Shown here one piece after another: positions 21,262-29,636 of a stretch of 64,000 bases of DNA. Numbering within the stretch: position 1 is the stretch's first letter; each line of letters begins with the position of its first letter. The notes under the pieces were generated by a model. That model was given only the letters and a program-made list of their open reading frames with translations, did no database searches and had not been told where the DNA came from. The stretch is from an uncultured delta proteobacterium (lineage in GTDB: Bacteria > Desulfobacterota > Desulfobulbia > Desulfobulbales > BM004), in NCBI GenBank assembly GCA_963783905.1, contig CAWAPG010000006.1:23771-87770 (forward strand), given 5' to 3'. Both the position numbers and the translations under genes were made by a program.

Positions 21262-22326
21262 TTATGCCTGCAGCCTCTGCAGAATTATATCGGTTAATTT
21301 CAACAGATGCGGATAGTTGTCAGCCTCCGGTCCGGTCAGCAGATAATGAAGGGAAAGGGCGGCCGGCAGAATAAACTGTTTAAAAAAGTTCTTGTGCTTC
21401 CGTTCCGAGAGGAAGGCAAAGGCACCCAGGATCTGCAGGTTCCGCTGCAGGGCGAGGTTGTTGTATCCCTTCAGAAAGGCCCGATCGTCGAGACCGTAGG
21501 TGCACAAATGCTCTATGTAGTGATCCCGCAGTTCCAGCTGCATTTCTGCCGGGATTTGCACATAGGGATCAATAAGCAATGAGGCCAGATCGTAGCCAAG
21601 GGGCCCGAGCCTGGCTCCCTGAAAGTCAATAACCCTGATTTCTCCGGCACAGACCATAAGATTTCTGGACTGAAAATCACGGTGCAGGAAATAAACTGCC
21701 GGCTGCCGGGCGGCACGGCCGGCAAGCCGTTTGAATTCCTCGGATAATTCAGTGGGGAAATCATTTATTCCAAGCATGTCCCGGCATAATGCCTGCAGGA
21801 AATAGCCGGATTCTTTTTCCAGCATGACCTTTTTGTCGTAGCGCACCGTATCCCAGCACCATTTCCGGTCAAAATGGACACTGCCGGAAATCTGCATATA
21901 GAGCAGGAGTTCGATAATCTCTTTGTAGGTTTTTACGGTCTGCTGCCAGAAATGTTCCCTGTCGGTTTCCCTTTTTTCAGCAAGGTCGTCATACAGGAGG
22001 GTGTCGCCGAGATCGTCGAACAGGATAAAGCCGTTTTCCGGATCAAATGCATGAATTGCCGGCACCGGGATTCCCCTTTTTTTCAGGTGGGTGCCGATGT
22101 GAAAAGCGGCTCGGGCTTCAGCCATTCCCTTTTGGGGGGCGGCAGCGTTCGGCAGGACGCCGCAGAATGAGCCGCCAGCTTCGGTTCTGATTTTAAAAAA
22201 GAGGCGGCAGGAGCCGTCTCCTGACAGAGGGGTGAGGCTGACTTTATTACTGTTGTAGATAATTTCCTCCCGGCGGAGAAAATCGATGATCTGCCGGATC
22301 TGATTATTTTCTGTTGGAATGTTCAT
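21262..22326 (-). CDS. APH-fold sugar kinase, AmgK-like (anomeric MurNAc/GlcNAc kinase candidate)
   Basis: Kinase motifs HRDFQSRNLMV and IDFQGARLGPLGYDLASLLIDPY resemble AmgK-type kinases. Adjacent to a MurU-like nucleotidyltransferase. Confidence 0.6.
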   Translation of the reverse strand: MNIPTENNQIRQIIDFLRREEIIYNSNKVSLTPLSGDGSCRLFFKIRTEAGGSFCGVLPNAAAPQKGMAEARAAFHIGTHLKKRGIPVPAIHAFDPENGFILFDDLGDTLLYDDLAEKRETDREHFWQQTVKTYKEIIELLLYMQISGSVHFDRKWCWDTVRYDKKVMLEKESGYFLQALCRDMLGINDFPTELSEEFKRLAGRAARQPAVYFLHRDFQSRNLMVCAGEIRVIDFQGARLGPLGYDLASLLIDPYVQIPAEMQLELRDHYIEHLCTYGLDDRAFLKGYNNLALQRNLQILGAFAFLSERKHKNFFKQFILPAALSLHYLLTGPEADNYPHLLKLTDIILQRLQA

Positions 22327-22426
22327 TTTAAAAAACGGTAAAGGTATGGATTAAATTACAGGATTGATTCTGTTAACAGCTTTTCCAAAAATCGCATGTT
22401 GGCGTGTTGGTATGTGAAAAATACAT

Positions 22427-22530
22427 CACTCCACCACTCCACCACTCCACCACTCCAGTACTCCATTACTCCATCATTCCACCACTCCAACACTCCAGTA
22501 CTCCATCACTCCAGTATTCCATTACTCCAA
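22427..22530. repeat. Octanucleotide tandem array, 13 copies of YAYTCCAN (NTGGARTR on the minus strand)
   Basis: Read directly: cactccac x3, cactccag, tactccat x2, cattccac, cactccaa, cactccag, tactccat, cactccag, tattccat, tactccaa. That is exactly 104 nt. It lies in the 257-nt spacer between two co-oriented genes. Confidence 0.9.
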
Positions 22531-22583
22531 TTTAAATAACGGTTCATCGCTGCAAACTTTCCGCTCCCCGAATGTTTATGCCT

Positions 22584-23492
22584 TCATGGTGTGACAATGG
22601 CATCCTTAACCAGGCTCCGGGCAGGAACGATTGCGCCATCCCAGACAACCGTGCGCTGCAGGACGGCTCCCGCTTCAATCCGTGCCCCTTTGCCAAGGCA
22701 GACCCAGTCCAGCAGTTTAACATCCCTGCCGATATCGGCGGTTTGTACTCCTGCGAAGGGCGCTTCGGCAGCGGTTTCAACCAGCTCTTCATAGAGTGGA
22801 ACCTTCTGCGCCAGTAAATCGGCGTGCAGTTGCAGGTAATCAGCCGGGGTCCCCATATCCGTCCAGAAATGGTTCGTTGCCAGGTGGGCCCTGATTTTGC
22901 CTCCCTGCTGTAATATTTCCCGATAGCAGTCGATAATGCAGGACGGGGTATCCGGCGGAACTTCCTGCAGTACTGCAGGATTAATAACATGGATGCCGGT
23001 AAAGGCAAGACGGCTCCGCCGGTTGTTTCCGGTACCGGCAGAACTGCTGAAGCCGGTGATATGAAGGGTCTCATCCACTGCAACATCATTGAAGCGCGGA
23101 TAATCATGGAGCACGAGGCTGACATCCGCCCCGGATTCACAGTGGGACCGATAGACCTCACTGTAATCGATCGAATGATAAATATCACCATTAACGACAA
23201 GCACCGGTTCCTTCCCGAAACAGGGCATGGCCTGGAGCAGGCCGCCGCCGGTTCCCAGTATTTTTTCTTCTTCCTGCAGGATGATGTCTGTTTCATGGTG
23301 CAGCGCCTTTTTTATCTGCAGCCGCAGATGGTGGGCATTAACAATAATTTCAGCCGCACCGGCGCGCCGTAACCGGTTAATGGTGAGATGCAGAAGCTCC
23401 CGGTTGAGAACCGGGAAAAGAGGCTTTGGCAGCTTCAGGGTATAGGGAAGTAACCTGGTACCGAAACCCGCGGCCAGGATCATAGCTTTCAT
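22584..23492 (-). CDS. Sugar-1-phosphate nucleotidyltransferase, MurU-like, with a C-terminal beta-helix-like extension
   Basis: MKAMILAAGFGTRLLPYTLKLPKPLFPV NTP-transferase motif. VVNGDIY, FTGIHVINP and WTDMGTP are as in MurU-type enzymes. Confidence 0.65.
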   Translation of the reverse strand: MKAMILAAGFGTRLLPYTLKLPKPLFPVLNRELLHLTINRLRRAGAAEIIVNAHHLRLQIKKALHHETDIILQEEEKILGTGGGLLQAMPCFGKEPVLVVNGDIYHSIDYSEVYRSHCESGADVSLVLHDYPRFNDVAVDETLHITGFSSSAGTGNNRRSRLAFTGIHVINPAVLQEVPPDTPSCIIDCYREILQQGGKIRAHLATNHFWTDMGTPADYLQLHADLLAQKVPLYEELVETAAEAPFAGVQTADIGRDVKLLDWVCLGKGARIEAGAVLQRTVVWDGAIVPARSLVKDAIVTP

Positions 23493-23531
23493 GTTCTGTT
23501 GTTCACAGTCGGCAGATGTCTCTGTGCAATG

Positions 23532-23580
23532 ACGTTAAAAGGACCGGCACATGGGGATAGACAGGGCCGTAATGTGCCGG
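23532..23580 (-). terminator. Candidate terminator of the lpxD-fabZ-lpxA-lpxI operon
   Basis: CCGGCACAT (23544-23552) pairs with ATGTGCCGG (23572-23580), a perfect 9-bp stem. On the minus strand it is followed by UCCUUUUAAC. It lies 16 nt after the lpxI stop. The U-tract is weak. Confidence 0.4.
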
Positions 23581-23595
23581 GAAGTTGGTTGCCGG

Positions 23596-24441
23596 TTAAA
23601 ATTGCAATTCACCGGCAGCGGATTCGGTAATGCCGACGATAACGATACCGGCGGCGTCGGCTGCCCGGATGACCGACTCCCGGTCAAAGAAAAGGGCATA
23701 TCCTGCCTCAACGGCAAGAACGGCCGCCTTGACCTCCTGCATGGATGCGATTGTTTTTTCTCCCACTGCAGGCAGATCAAAGCGCAGGTCCTGGTTGGGC
23801 TTTCGCAGTTTCACCACCACGGTTTTCTCTTTGCCGAGACTTCCTCCCCGGCGGATTGCAGCATCGGTTCCTTCAATGGCCTCGACCGCCAGGACCGTGT
23901 GGTTGCGCACCACCACACACTGGCCGATGTCAAGGTTGCCTATGGCGCGTGCTGTTTTCCAACCGAAATTAATGTCGTTCACCTGTTCCCGGGTCGGTTT
24001 TTTCCGGGTCAGGATGCCGCGGGGAAAAAGCAATTCAGGCACATAACCGGTTGAGGCTACAACCTCAATGCCGTCCTTTTCCAGCCGGTCGGCAACCGCT
24101 CGCAGGATGGCGTCATCCTGCTTGATGTCGATTTTGTTCCAGAGTCCGAGGCCTTTGAGGTCCGGCCTGACATCGCGGAATATATTGGTTTTGGTGATCG
24201 AGCCGATAAAGACGGTTTTTTTTACGCCCTCTTTCCTGAAAAAATGTATGATCTTGCCCAGCTGACCAAGCTTGACCCACTGGAGACGATCCACCTGGCG
24301 AGCCAGGGTTTCATCGGTCTCGCCATGGTGCGCTGCGGCATAAACCTGAAGTCCCTGCCGCTGGACCGCCTTGGCAAAAAGAAGGGGAAACTGCCCCCCG
24401 CCGGCAATAATGCCGATTTTATCCGCGCCGTTTCCTGTCAT
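23596..24441 (-). CDS. lpxI: UDP-2,3-diacylglucosamine pyrophosphatase LpxI (DUF1009 family)
   Basis: KIGIIAGGGQFPLLFAKAV N-terminus and VLAVEAIEGTDAAIRRGG. Position directly after lpxA. Confidence 0.75.
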   Translation of the reverse strand: MTGNGADKIGIIAGGGQFPLLFAKAVQRQGLQVYAAAHHGETDETLARQVDRLQWVKLGQLGKIIHFFRKEGVKKTVFIGSITKTNIFRDVRPDLKGLGLWNKIDIKQDDAILRAVADRLEKDGIEVVASTGYVPELLFPRGILTRKKPTREQVNDINFGWKTARAIGNLDIGQCVVVRNHTVLAVEAIEGTDAAIRRGGSLGKEKTVVVKLRKPNQDLRFDLPAVGEKTIASMQEVKAAVLAVEAGYALFFDRESVIRAADAAGIVIVGITESAAGELQF

Positions 24442-24495
24442 AGCCTGTAAATAATTATTTCCGGATGCTGCCGCTTTATTGCCGGGCCCCGTCTG

Positions 24496-25296
24496 TCAAT
24501 CAGGCGATTCAGTCATTCTGATAACTCCCTGTTTGCTGGTGCGGAAGAATTCGAGCAGCCGGCTTACCGGTTCACAGTCAGTAATCTCTCTTGCCGCCTG
24601 TTCCAGGGCCTCCTGCAGCAGCAGTTCCGGGGTCATAAAAATAATTCTGTAGGCCTTGTCAAGTTTTTTCAGCGTTTCATTATCAAAGCCGCGGCGGCGC
24701 AGCCCTATCTTGTTGATGCCCGATACCCGCATATGTTTGCGGGTGCCGCTGACAATGACAAAAGGGGGCACATCCCTGCTGATCCCTGACAGGCCGCCGA
24801 TATATGAATAGGCCCCGATCCGGGTGAATTGATGCACGGCCACGAGACCGCCGATAATGGCATAATCCTCTATCTTTACATGTCCGGCCAGGGTGGTGCC
24901 GTTGGCCAGTATGGCGGAGTCGCCGATAAGACAATCATGGGCGACATGCACGTATCCCATGAGCAGATTTCCGGAGCCGACGGTTGTAACCCCCCTGTCG
25001 GTCACCGTGCCGCGGTGGATGGAAGCATATTCCCGGATCTGGTTATTGTCGCCGATATGCAGTTCGGTTTCCTCTCCCTTGTATTTTAAATCCTGGGGCG
25101 GGGCGCCGACCGTGGCAAAGGGACCTATGACATTGGCGGAACCGATGGTCGTGGGGCCGGTTAAAACCGTATGGGGCTTGATCGTGGTTTGCGGTCCGAT
25201 CCTGACGTTTTTTTCGATGATCACATAGGGCCCGACATTGACCGAGCTGTCAAGTTCAGCCCCTGGATCTACGATTGCGGTTGGATGGATTTTCAT
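24496..25296 (-). CDS. lpxA: Acyl-ACP--UDP-N-acetylglucosamine O-acyltransferase
   Basis: Hexapeptide repeats. Start trimmed to MKIHPTAIVDPGAELD (ATG 25296) so that it no longer overlaps fabZ. C-terminal helical domain present. Confidence 0.9.
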   Translation of the reverse strand: MKIHPTAIVDPGAELDSSVNVGPYVIIEKNVRIGPQTTIKPHTVLTGPTTIGSANVIGPFATVGAPPQDLKYKGEETELHIGDNNQIREYASIHRGTVTDRGVTTVGSGNLLMGYVHVAHDCLIGDSAILANGTTLAGHVKIEDYAIIGGLVAVHQFTRIGAYSYIGGLSGISRDVPPFVIVSGTRKHMRVSGINKIGLRRRGFDNETLKKLDKAYRIIFMTPELLLQEALEQAAREITDCEPVSRLLEFFRTSKQGVIRMTESPD

Positions 25297-25333
25297 TTTT
25301 TTGCACGAGAGTATGTGGAGAGGAAAAATTTCT

Positions 25334-25780
25334 TTAGACGAATGCCGCCATGAATTCCGCTTCGGCAACGACTTCACCGTCTACCTTGGCCAAACCAGCC
25401 ATCTTCCAGATCTTTCCCTTATGTTTGATAACGGTCATTTCAAAGATTAACTGGTCGCCGGGCACAACCGGCAGGCGAAATCTCACCTTGTCGATGCCTG
25501 CAAAGTAGATAAGTTTTTTCCCGATCATTTCCGGCAGGGAATAATAGGCGAGAATGCCGCCGACCTGGGCCATCCCCTCCAGGATAAGAACCCCGGGCAT
25601 GATCGGGTCGGAAGGAAAATGCCCCTGGAAGTAAGGCTCGTTCATGGAGACATTTTTCAAGCCGACCATGGATTTGTTCTTCTCGCCGGCCAGGATCCTG
25701 TCGACCAGTAAAAAAGGATAGCGATGCGGCAGAAGCCCGACAATCTTTTTTATATCCATGGTTGCAATGTCACTTGCCAT
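25334..25780 (-). CDS. fabZ: 3-hydroxyacyl-ACP dehydratase FabZ
   Basis: [13 protein letters not shown] ... [21 protein letters not shown] hot-dog fold motifs. Confidence 0.92.
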   Translation of the reverse strand: MASDIATMDIKKIVGLLPHRYPFLLVDRILAGEKNKSMVGLKNVSMNEPYFQGHFPSDPIMPGVLILEGMAQVGGILAYYSLPEMIGKKLIYFAGIDKVRFRLPVVPGDQLIFEMTVIKHKGKIWKMAGLAKVDGEVVAEAEFMAAFV

Positions 25781-25864
25781 TCTTCCTCTCCTCCTGCATT
25801 ATGTCTTTTGTTGCCATCGTATTATTACTTGGCCCGCCAGGGTCAATACCGTTATGCAGCAATG

Positions 25865-26923
25865 CTATTTCTGTTCTTCATCCGGAAACAGCCTGGCATA
25901 CATCTTTTGCATCATTTTCCGCATCTCGAGCAGTTCGCCATATATTTTCGGCAGTTTTGCAAAGATGGTGCTGGCCTTTAACCAGTCCCGGTGGGGGATT
26001 GCCGGAATTCCTGAGACAACGGCACCCTTCGGCAGGTTGGAATGCACCCCTGATTTGCCGGCAACCATGACGCCGTCATCAAGGTGTATATGTCCTTTTA
26101 AGGCAGACTGTCCCCCTAAAACGACATTTTTCCCCAGGGTGGTACTGCCGGCAATACCGACCTGCGCAACCACCAGTGAATTTTCACCGATCGTCACATT
26201 ATGACCCACCTGTATCAGGTTGTCCAGCTTGGTGCCGCGCATGATATGGGTTTTGCCAAAGGTGCCCCGATCAATCGCGACATTGGCGCCTATTTCCACG
26301 TCATCATCAATTTGCACCGTGCCGATATGGGGCCATTTGACATGACTGCCGTTTTCATCCGTGGCAAAACCGAAACCGTCACTGCCGATCACGGTGCCGC
26401 TGTGGATAATGACCCGTGCCCCGATGGTACAGGAATGGTATACGGTAACATTGTGATAAAGCAGACAATCGTCGCCGACCACCACATCATCGCCGAGAAC
26501 AACCCCCGGGTGCAGAGTTACCCGTTTACCCAGTTTAACCCGGTCACCGACCGAAACAAAGGGGCCTATTGTTATTTCCGGGGGGATTTCACAGTTGCTG
26601 CCGATATGGGCCTGGGGACTGATGCCCCCGGCCTGAAACGGTACAGCCTGAAAAAACCGCTGGATCCGGGCGGCGGCGAGGTAGGGATTTGCAGTCTTGA
26701 TCAGGGGTCTGTCATTGTAGTCCAGCGACTGCGGGACAATAAAGGCTGAAGCCTTGGAATTTTTGAGTTTTTCCAGGCCGGCCGCCTTGACCAGGAAGGC
26801 TATTTCGCCGGGGCCGGCCCCTGCCAGGTCGGCCAAACCATGGATTTTGAGTTCAGGCGCACCGGTGACTTTTCCGCCTACCATAGCGGCAAGTTCTGCA
26901 AGTGTCTTAGTTTTGGCAACCAT
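25865..26923 (-). CDS. lpxD: UDP-3-O-acylglucosamine N-acyltransferase
   Basis: LpxD N-terminal domain followed by a long left-handed beta-helix. Operon position upstream of fabZ-lpxA. Confidence 0.9.
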   Translation of the reverse strand: MVAKTKTLAELAAMVGGKVTGAPELKIHGLADLAGAGPGEIAFLVKAAGLEKLKNSKASAFIVPQSLDYNDRPLIKTANPYLAAARIQRFFQAVPFQAGGISPQAHIGSNCEIPPEITIGPFVSVGDRVKLGKRVTLHPGVVLGDDVVVGDDCLLYHNVTVYHSCTIGARVIIHSGTVIGSDGFGFATDENGSHVKWPHIGTVQIDDDVEIGANVAIDRGTFGKTHIMRGTKLDNLIQVGHNVTIGENSLVVAQVGIAGSTTLGKNVVLGGQSALKGHIHLDDGVMVAGKSGVHSNLPKGAVVSGIPAIPHRDWLKASTIFAKLPKIYGELLEMRKMMQKMYARLFPDEEQK

Positions 26924-27008
26924 GCATCAGCCAGGGAAAATAGTTTAAAAAAGTTGTCTGCACTCGGACTAGCGCAAAATACCTTGTTATGTAAAGCAAT
27001 TCAAGGGA

Positions 27009-28181
27009 TCAGTTGTAAAGAAACACCTTGCGGCGCAATTTTTCAAAACCGTCCAGGTCGTGCTGCCATGATTTTTCCAAACCCATGATATCTGCGCCCT
27101 GTTCAAGATCCCGCCGCACCCGTTGGTCGCCCAAAATCAGGTCCATGGGCAGGCGTTCATATTCGTACTCATAGGGTGGTTGTTTATAGGCGAAATCATC
27201 GGGATAAAGGGACATGACCGTTTGCAGCAGGACAAGGGATGTGCGATACGGACGAAATGCGTCCGGGTCGGAAATATGGAGCTGAAACCCCTTGCAGGCC
27301 CGGCCGGCCCACTTGTCGGCCACGGGCTCGAATATGAGCGGCCGCAGGAAACAGCCGGACAGTTCGGCGCTGTTTTCTAATCTGCGCCGGATTGCCTCAT
27401 GGTCAAAAAAAGGGGCGCCAAAGAGTTCAAACGGCAGGCAGGTGCCGCGTCCCTCGGAAATATTGGTGCCCTCCCAGATCACCTGGCCCGGATACACCAT
27501 CGCCGTTGTCGGGGAAGGCATATTGGGCGAGGGGAATACCCATGGCAGTTCGGTATCGGGATACAGCATATGGCGGTGCCAGCCCTGCAAGGGGATAATT
27601 TCCAGGTCGGCGCCTATGTTGAAATGGTTGTTGAGCAAGAGGGCAAGTTCGCCGAAGGTCAGGCCATGGCGCATGGGAATCGGGTAGAGTCCCACGAAGG
27701 AATAGCATTCCTCCTGCATGATATTGCCCTCCACTTTCTCGCCGCCGAGAGGATTGGGCCGGTCAAGCACCAGCACCTTTTTGTTGTATCGGGCGGCAGC
27801 TTCCAGGCAGTAGGCCATGGTATAGAGAAAGGTATAAACCCTGGTGCCGACGTCGAACAGATCGATGATCAGCACATCAAAGAGATCGAACATCTCCCGG
27901 GTGGGGCGTCTTTCCCGGCTGTACAGGCTGTAAAGCGGCAGGCCGGTAACCGGATCAGTCGTGTGTCCGGACTCAATCATGTTGTCCTGTTTTTCGGCAA
28001 AAAATCCGTGCTGGGGGGAGAACAGGCAGGTCAGCCGGTCCGGATAAAGGCGGTGGAGCAGATTACGGCTGTGGCGCAGCCTGCTGTCGGTGGACGCCTG
28101 GTTGCAGAGAAGCCCCAGCCCCCGGCCGGCAAGCCATTTCGGGGGGGAGATGATAAGCTGTTCAATGCCGAGAGAAACCAT
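27009..28181 (-). CDS. DUF1343-family protein (NamZ-like exo-beta-N-acetylmuramidase candidate)
   Basis: GLLCNQASTDSRLRHS ... LFSPQHGFFAEKQDNM as in the DUF1343/YzbB family. Start set at ATG 28181 to avoid overlapping the upstream gene. Confidence 0.65.
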   Translation of the reverse strand: MVSLGIEQLIISPPKWLAGRGLGLLCNQASTDSRLRHSRNLLHRLYPDRLTCLFSPQHGFFAEKQDNMIESGHTTDPVTGLPLYSLYSRERRPTREMFDLFDVLIIDLFDVGTRVYTFLYTMAYCLEAAARYNKKVLVLDRPNPLGGEKVEGNIMQEECYSFVGLYPIPMRHGLTFGELALLLNNHFNIGADLEIIPLQGWHRHMLYPDTELPWVFPSPNMPSPTTAMVYPGQVIWEGTNISEGRGTCLPFELFGAPFFDHEAIRRRLENSAELSGCFLRPLIFEPVADKWAGRACKGFQLHISDPDAFRPYRTSLVLLQTVMSLYPDDFAYKQPPYEYEYERLPMDLILGDQRVRRDLEQGADIMGLEKSWQHDLDGFEKLRRKVFLYN

Positions 28182-28215
28182 ATGAAACGTGTCTGCCTGC
28201 CCCTTTAACCGGGAA

Positions 28216-29541
28216 TTATGCCTGTACGACCTTGGCGGCCGTATCCGGCAGGCCATTGAAAGCATTACGGGTATCCACTATAAGGTCGGCGTTTTCGAGA
28301 ATGAAACGGTAGTCATAGGCGGAATGATCGGTGGCAAGAAGAATGCAGTCCATGGATCGCAATGAGTCTGCGGTCAGGTCGGTGCTTTTCAGATGAAAGG
28401 TGTATTTCCGCATTGGCTGCAGCTCCGGAATGTGCGGGTCATTATAATGAACATCAGCGCCCTTTTCCTGCAAAAGTTCCAGCAGCTTGTATGATGGCGA
28501 TTCGCGCGAATCATCAACATCTTTTTTGTAGGCCATGCCGAGCAGCAGGATCCTGGAACCGTTGATGGGTTTTTTCCTGTTGTTCAGGGCCTCCATGACC
28601 CGCTGCACAATGTAGTAGGGCATGGCGGTGTTGACCTCGCCGGCCAGTTCAATGAACTTGGTGGGAAAATCGTATTCCCGGGCCTTTGATGTCAGGTAGA
28701 AAGGATCGATGGGGATGCAGTGGCCGCCAAGTCCCGGTCCGGGGTAAAAGGGCATAAAGCCGAAGGGCTTGGTGCTGGATGCCCGGATAACCTCCCAGAC
28801 ATCAATTCCCATGCGGTGGCAGAGGATCTTCAACTCGTTTACCAGGGCGATATTGACCGAACGGAAAATGTTTTCCAGAAGCTTGGACATTTCAGCGGTC
28901 TGGGTGGAGGATACATTCACCACCGACTGCAGGCCGGTTTTGTAAAAATCCGCGGCCAGCATGGTGGATTCGTCATTGATGCCGCCCACTACTTTGGGAA
29001 TTACTGCGGTGCTGTAGCGGGGATTGCCGGGATCTTCCCGTTCCGGTGAATAAGCGAGGGCAAAGTCGATCCCTGCTGTAATCCCTGAATTTTCCAGAAG
29101 CGGCAGCAGCAGTTCAACGGTGGTGCCCGGATAGGTGGTTGACTCGAGGATGATCATCTGCCCGGGCCGCAGGACTTTGGCGATGGAATTGGCAGTATTT
29201 TCTATGTACTGCATATCCGGTTCACGGTTCCCGGTCAGCGGGGTCGGAACGCATATGAGCAGGACATCAGGTTCATTGAGCCGGGAGAAATCCGCTGTGG
29301 CGGAAAATTTTTCCTGGCCGACAAAATCGGCCAGTTCATCCGATGGGATATGCTTGATATAACTGGTCCCGGCATGCAGTTTGGCGATTTTTCCGGCATC
29401 AAGATCAAAGCCGAGGACGGTAATATCTTTGCGCAGAAAGGTAAGGCTCAGCGGCAGTCCGACATATCCCAGGCCGATGATGCCCAGGAGAAATTCCTTC
29501 CGGGTGATTTTGTCCTTAAGTTTGGTTAGTTCCGACGTCAT
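28216..29541 (-). CDS. UDP-sugar 6-dehydrogenase family (UDP-GlcNAc/ManNAc dehydrogenase-like)
   Basis: LGIIGLGYVGLPLSLTF Rossmann motif. Catalytic GGHCIPIDP. ~440 aa. Confidence 0.85.
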   Translation of the reverse strand: MTSELTKLKDKITRKEFLLGIIGLGYVGLPLSLTFLRKDITVLGFDLDAGKIAKLHAGTSYIKHIPSDELADFVGQEKFSATADFSRLNEPDVLLICVPTPLTGNREPDMQYIENTANSIAKVLRPGQMIILESTTYPGTTVELLLPLLENSGITAGIDFALAYSPEREDPGNPRYSTAVIPKVVGGINDESTMLAADFYKTGLQSVVNVSSTQTAEMSKLLENIFRSVNIALVNELKILCHRMGIDVWEVIRASSTKPFGFMPFYPGPGLGGHCIPIDPFYLTSKAREYDFPTKFIELAGEVNTAMPYYIVQRVMEALNNRKKPINGSRILLLGMAYKKDVDDSRESPSYKLLELLQEKGADVHYNDPHIPELQPMRKYTFHLKSTDLTADSLRSMDCILLATDHSAYDYRFILENADLIVDTRNAFNGLPDTAAKVVQA

Positions 29542-29636
29542 AACGGCCTCAATGGTTAGGGGAAGCTGATTAATAGTTTTTTTCCGGGGATAAAATTCCT
29601 GTTTGCAGCGTCGTGTAATACAATGAATGGTTTCCC

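Noticed and set aside
22427-22530. CRISPR array (also considered for 6879-6929)
   Set aside because: The units are 7-8 nt with no spacers and there are no cas genes in the window. These are microsatellites, not CRISPRs.
22413-22538. 41-codon GTG-initiated plus-strand ORF running through the octamer array (VKNTSLHHSTTPPLQYSITP...)
   Set aside because: There is no RBS. An 8-nt period means the peptide has no consistent repeat. The ORF is antisense to the flanking operon and is most likely fortuitous.
21262-28181. A novel cell-wall recycling island (NamZ-like, AmgK-like and MurU-like genes interleaved with lipid A genes)
   Set aside because: Each component belongs to a known family, and linkage of envelope-precursor genes is common. 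Only the octamer array inside the region is unusual, and it is reported separately.
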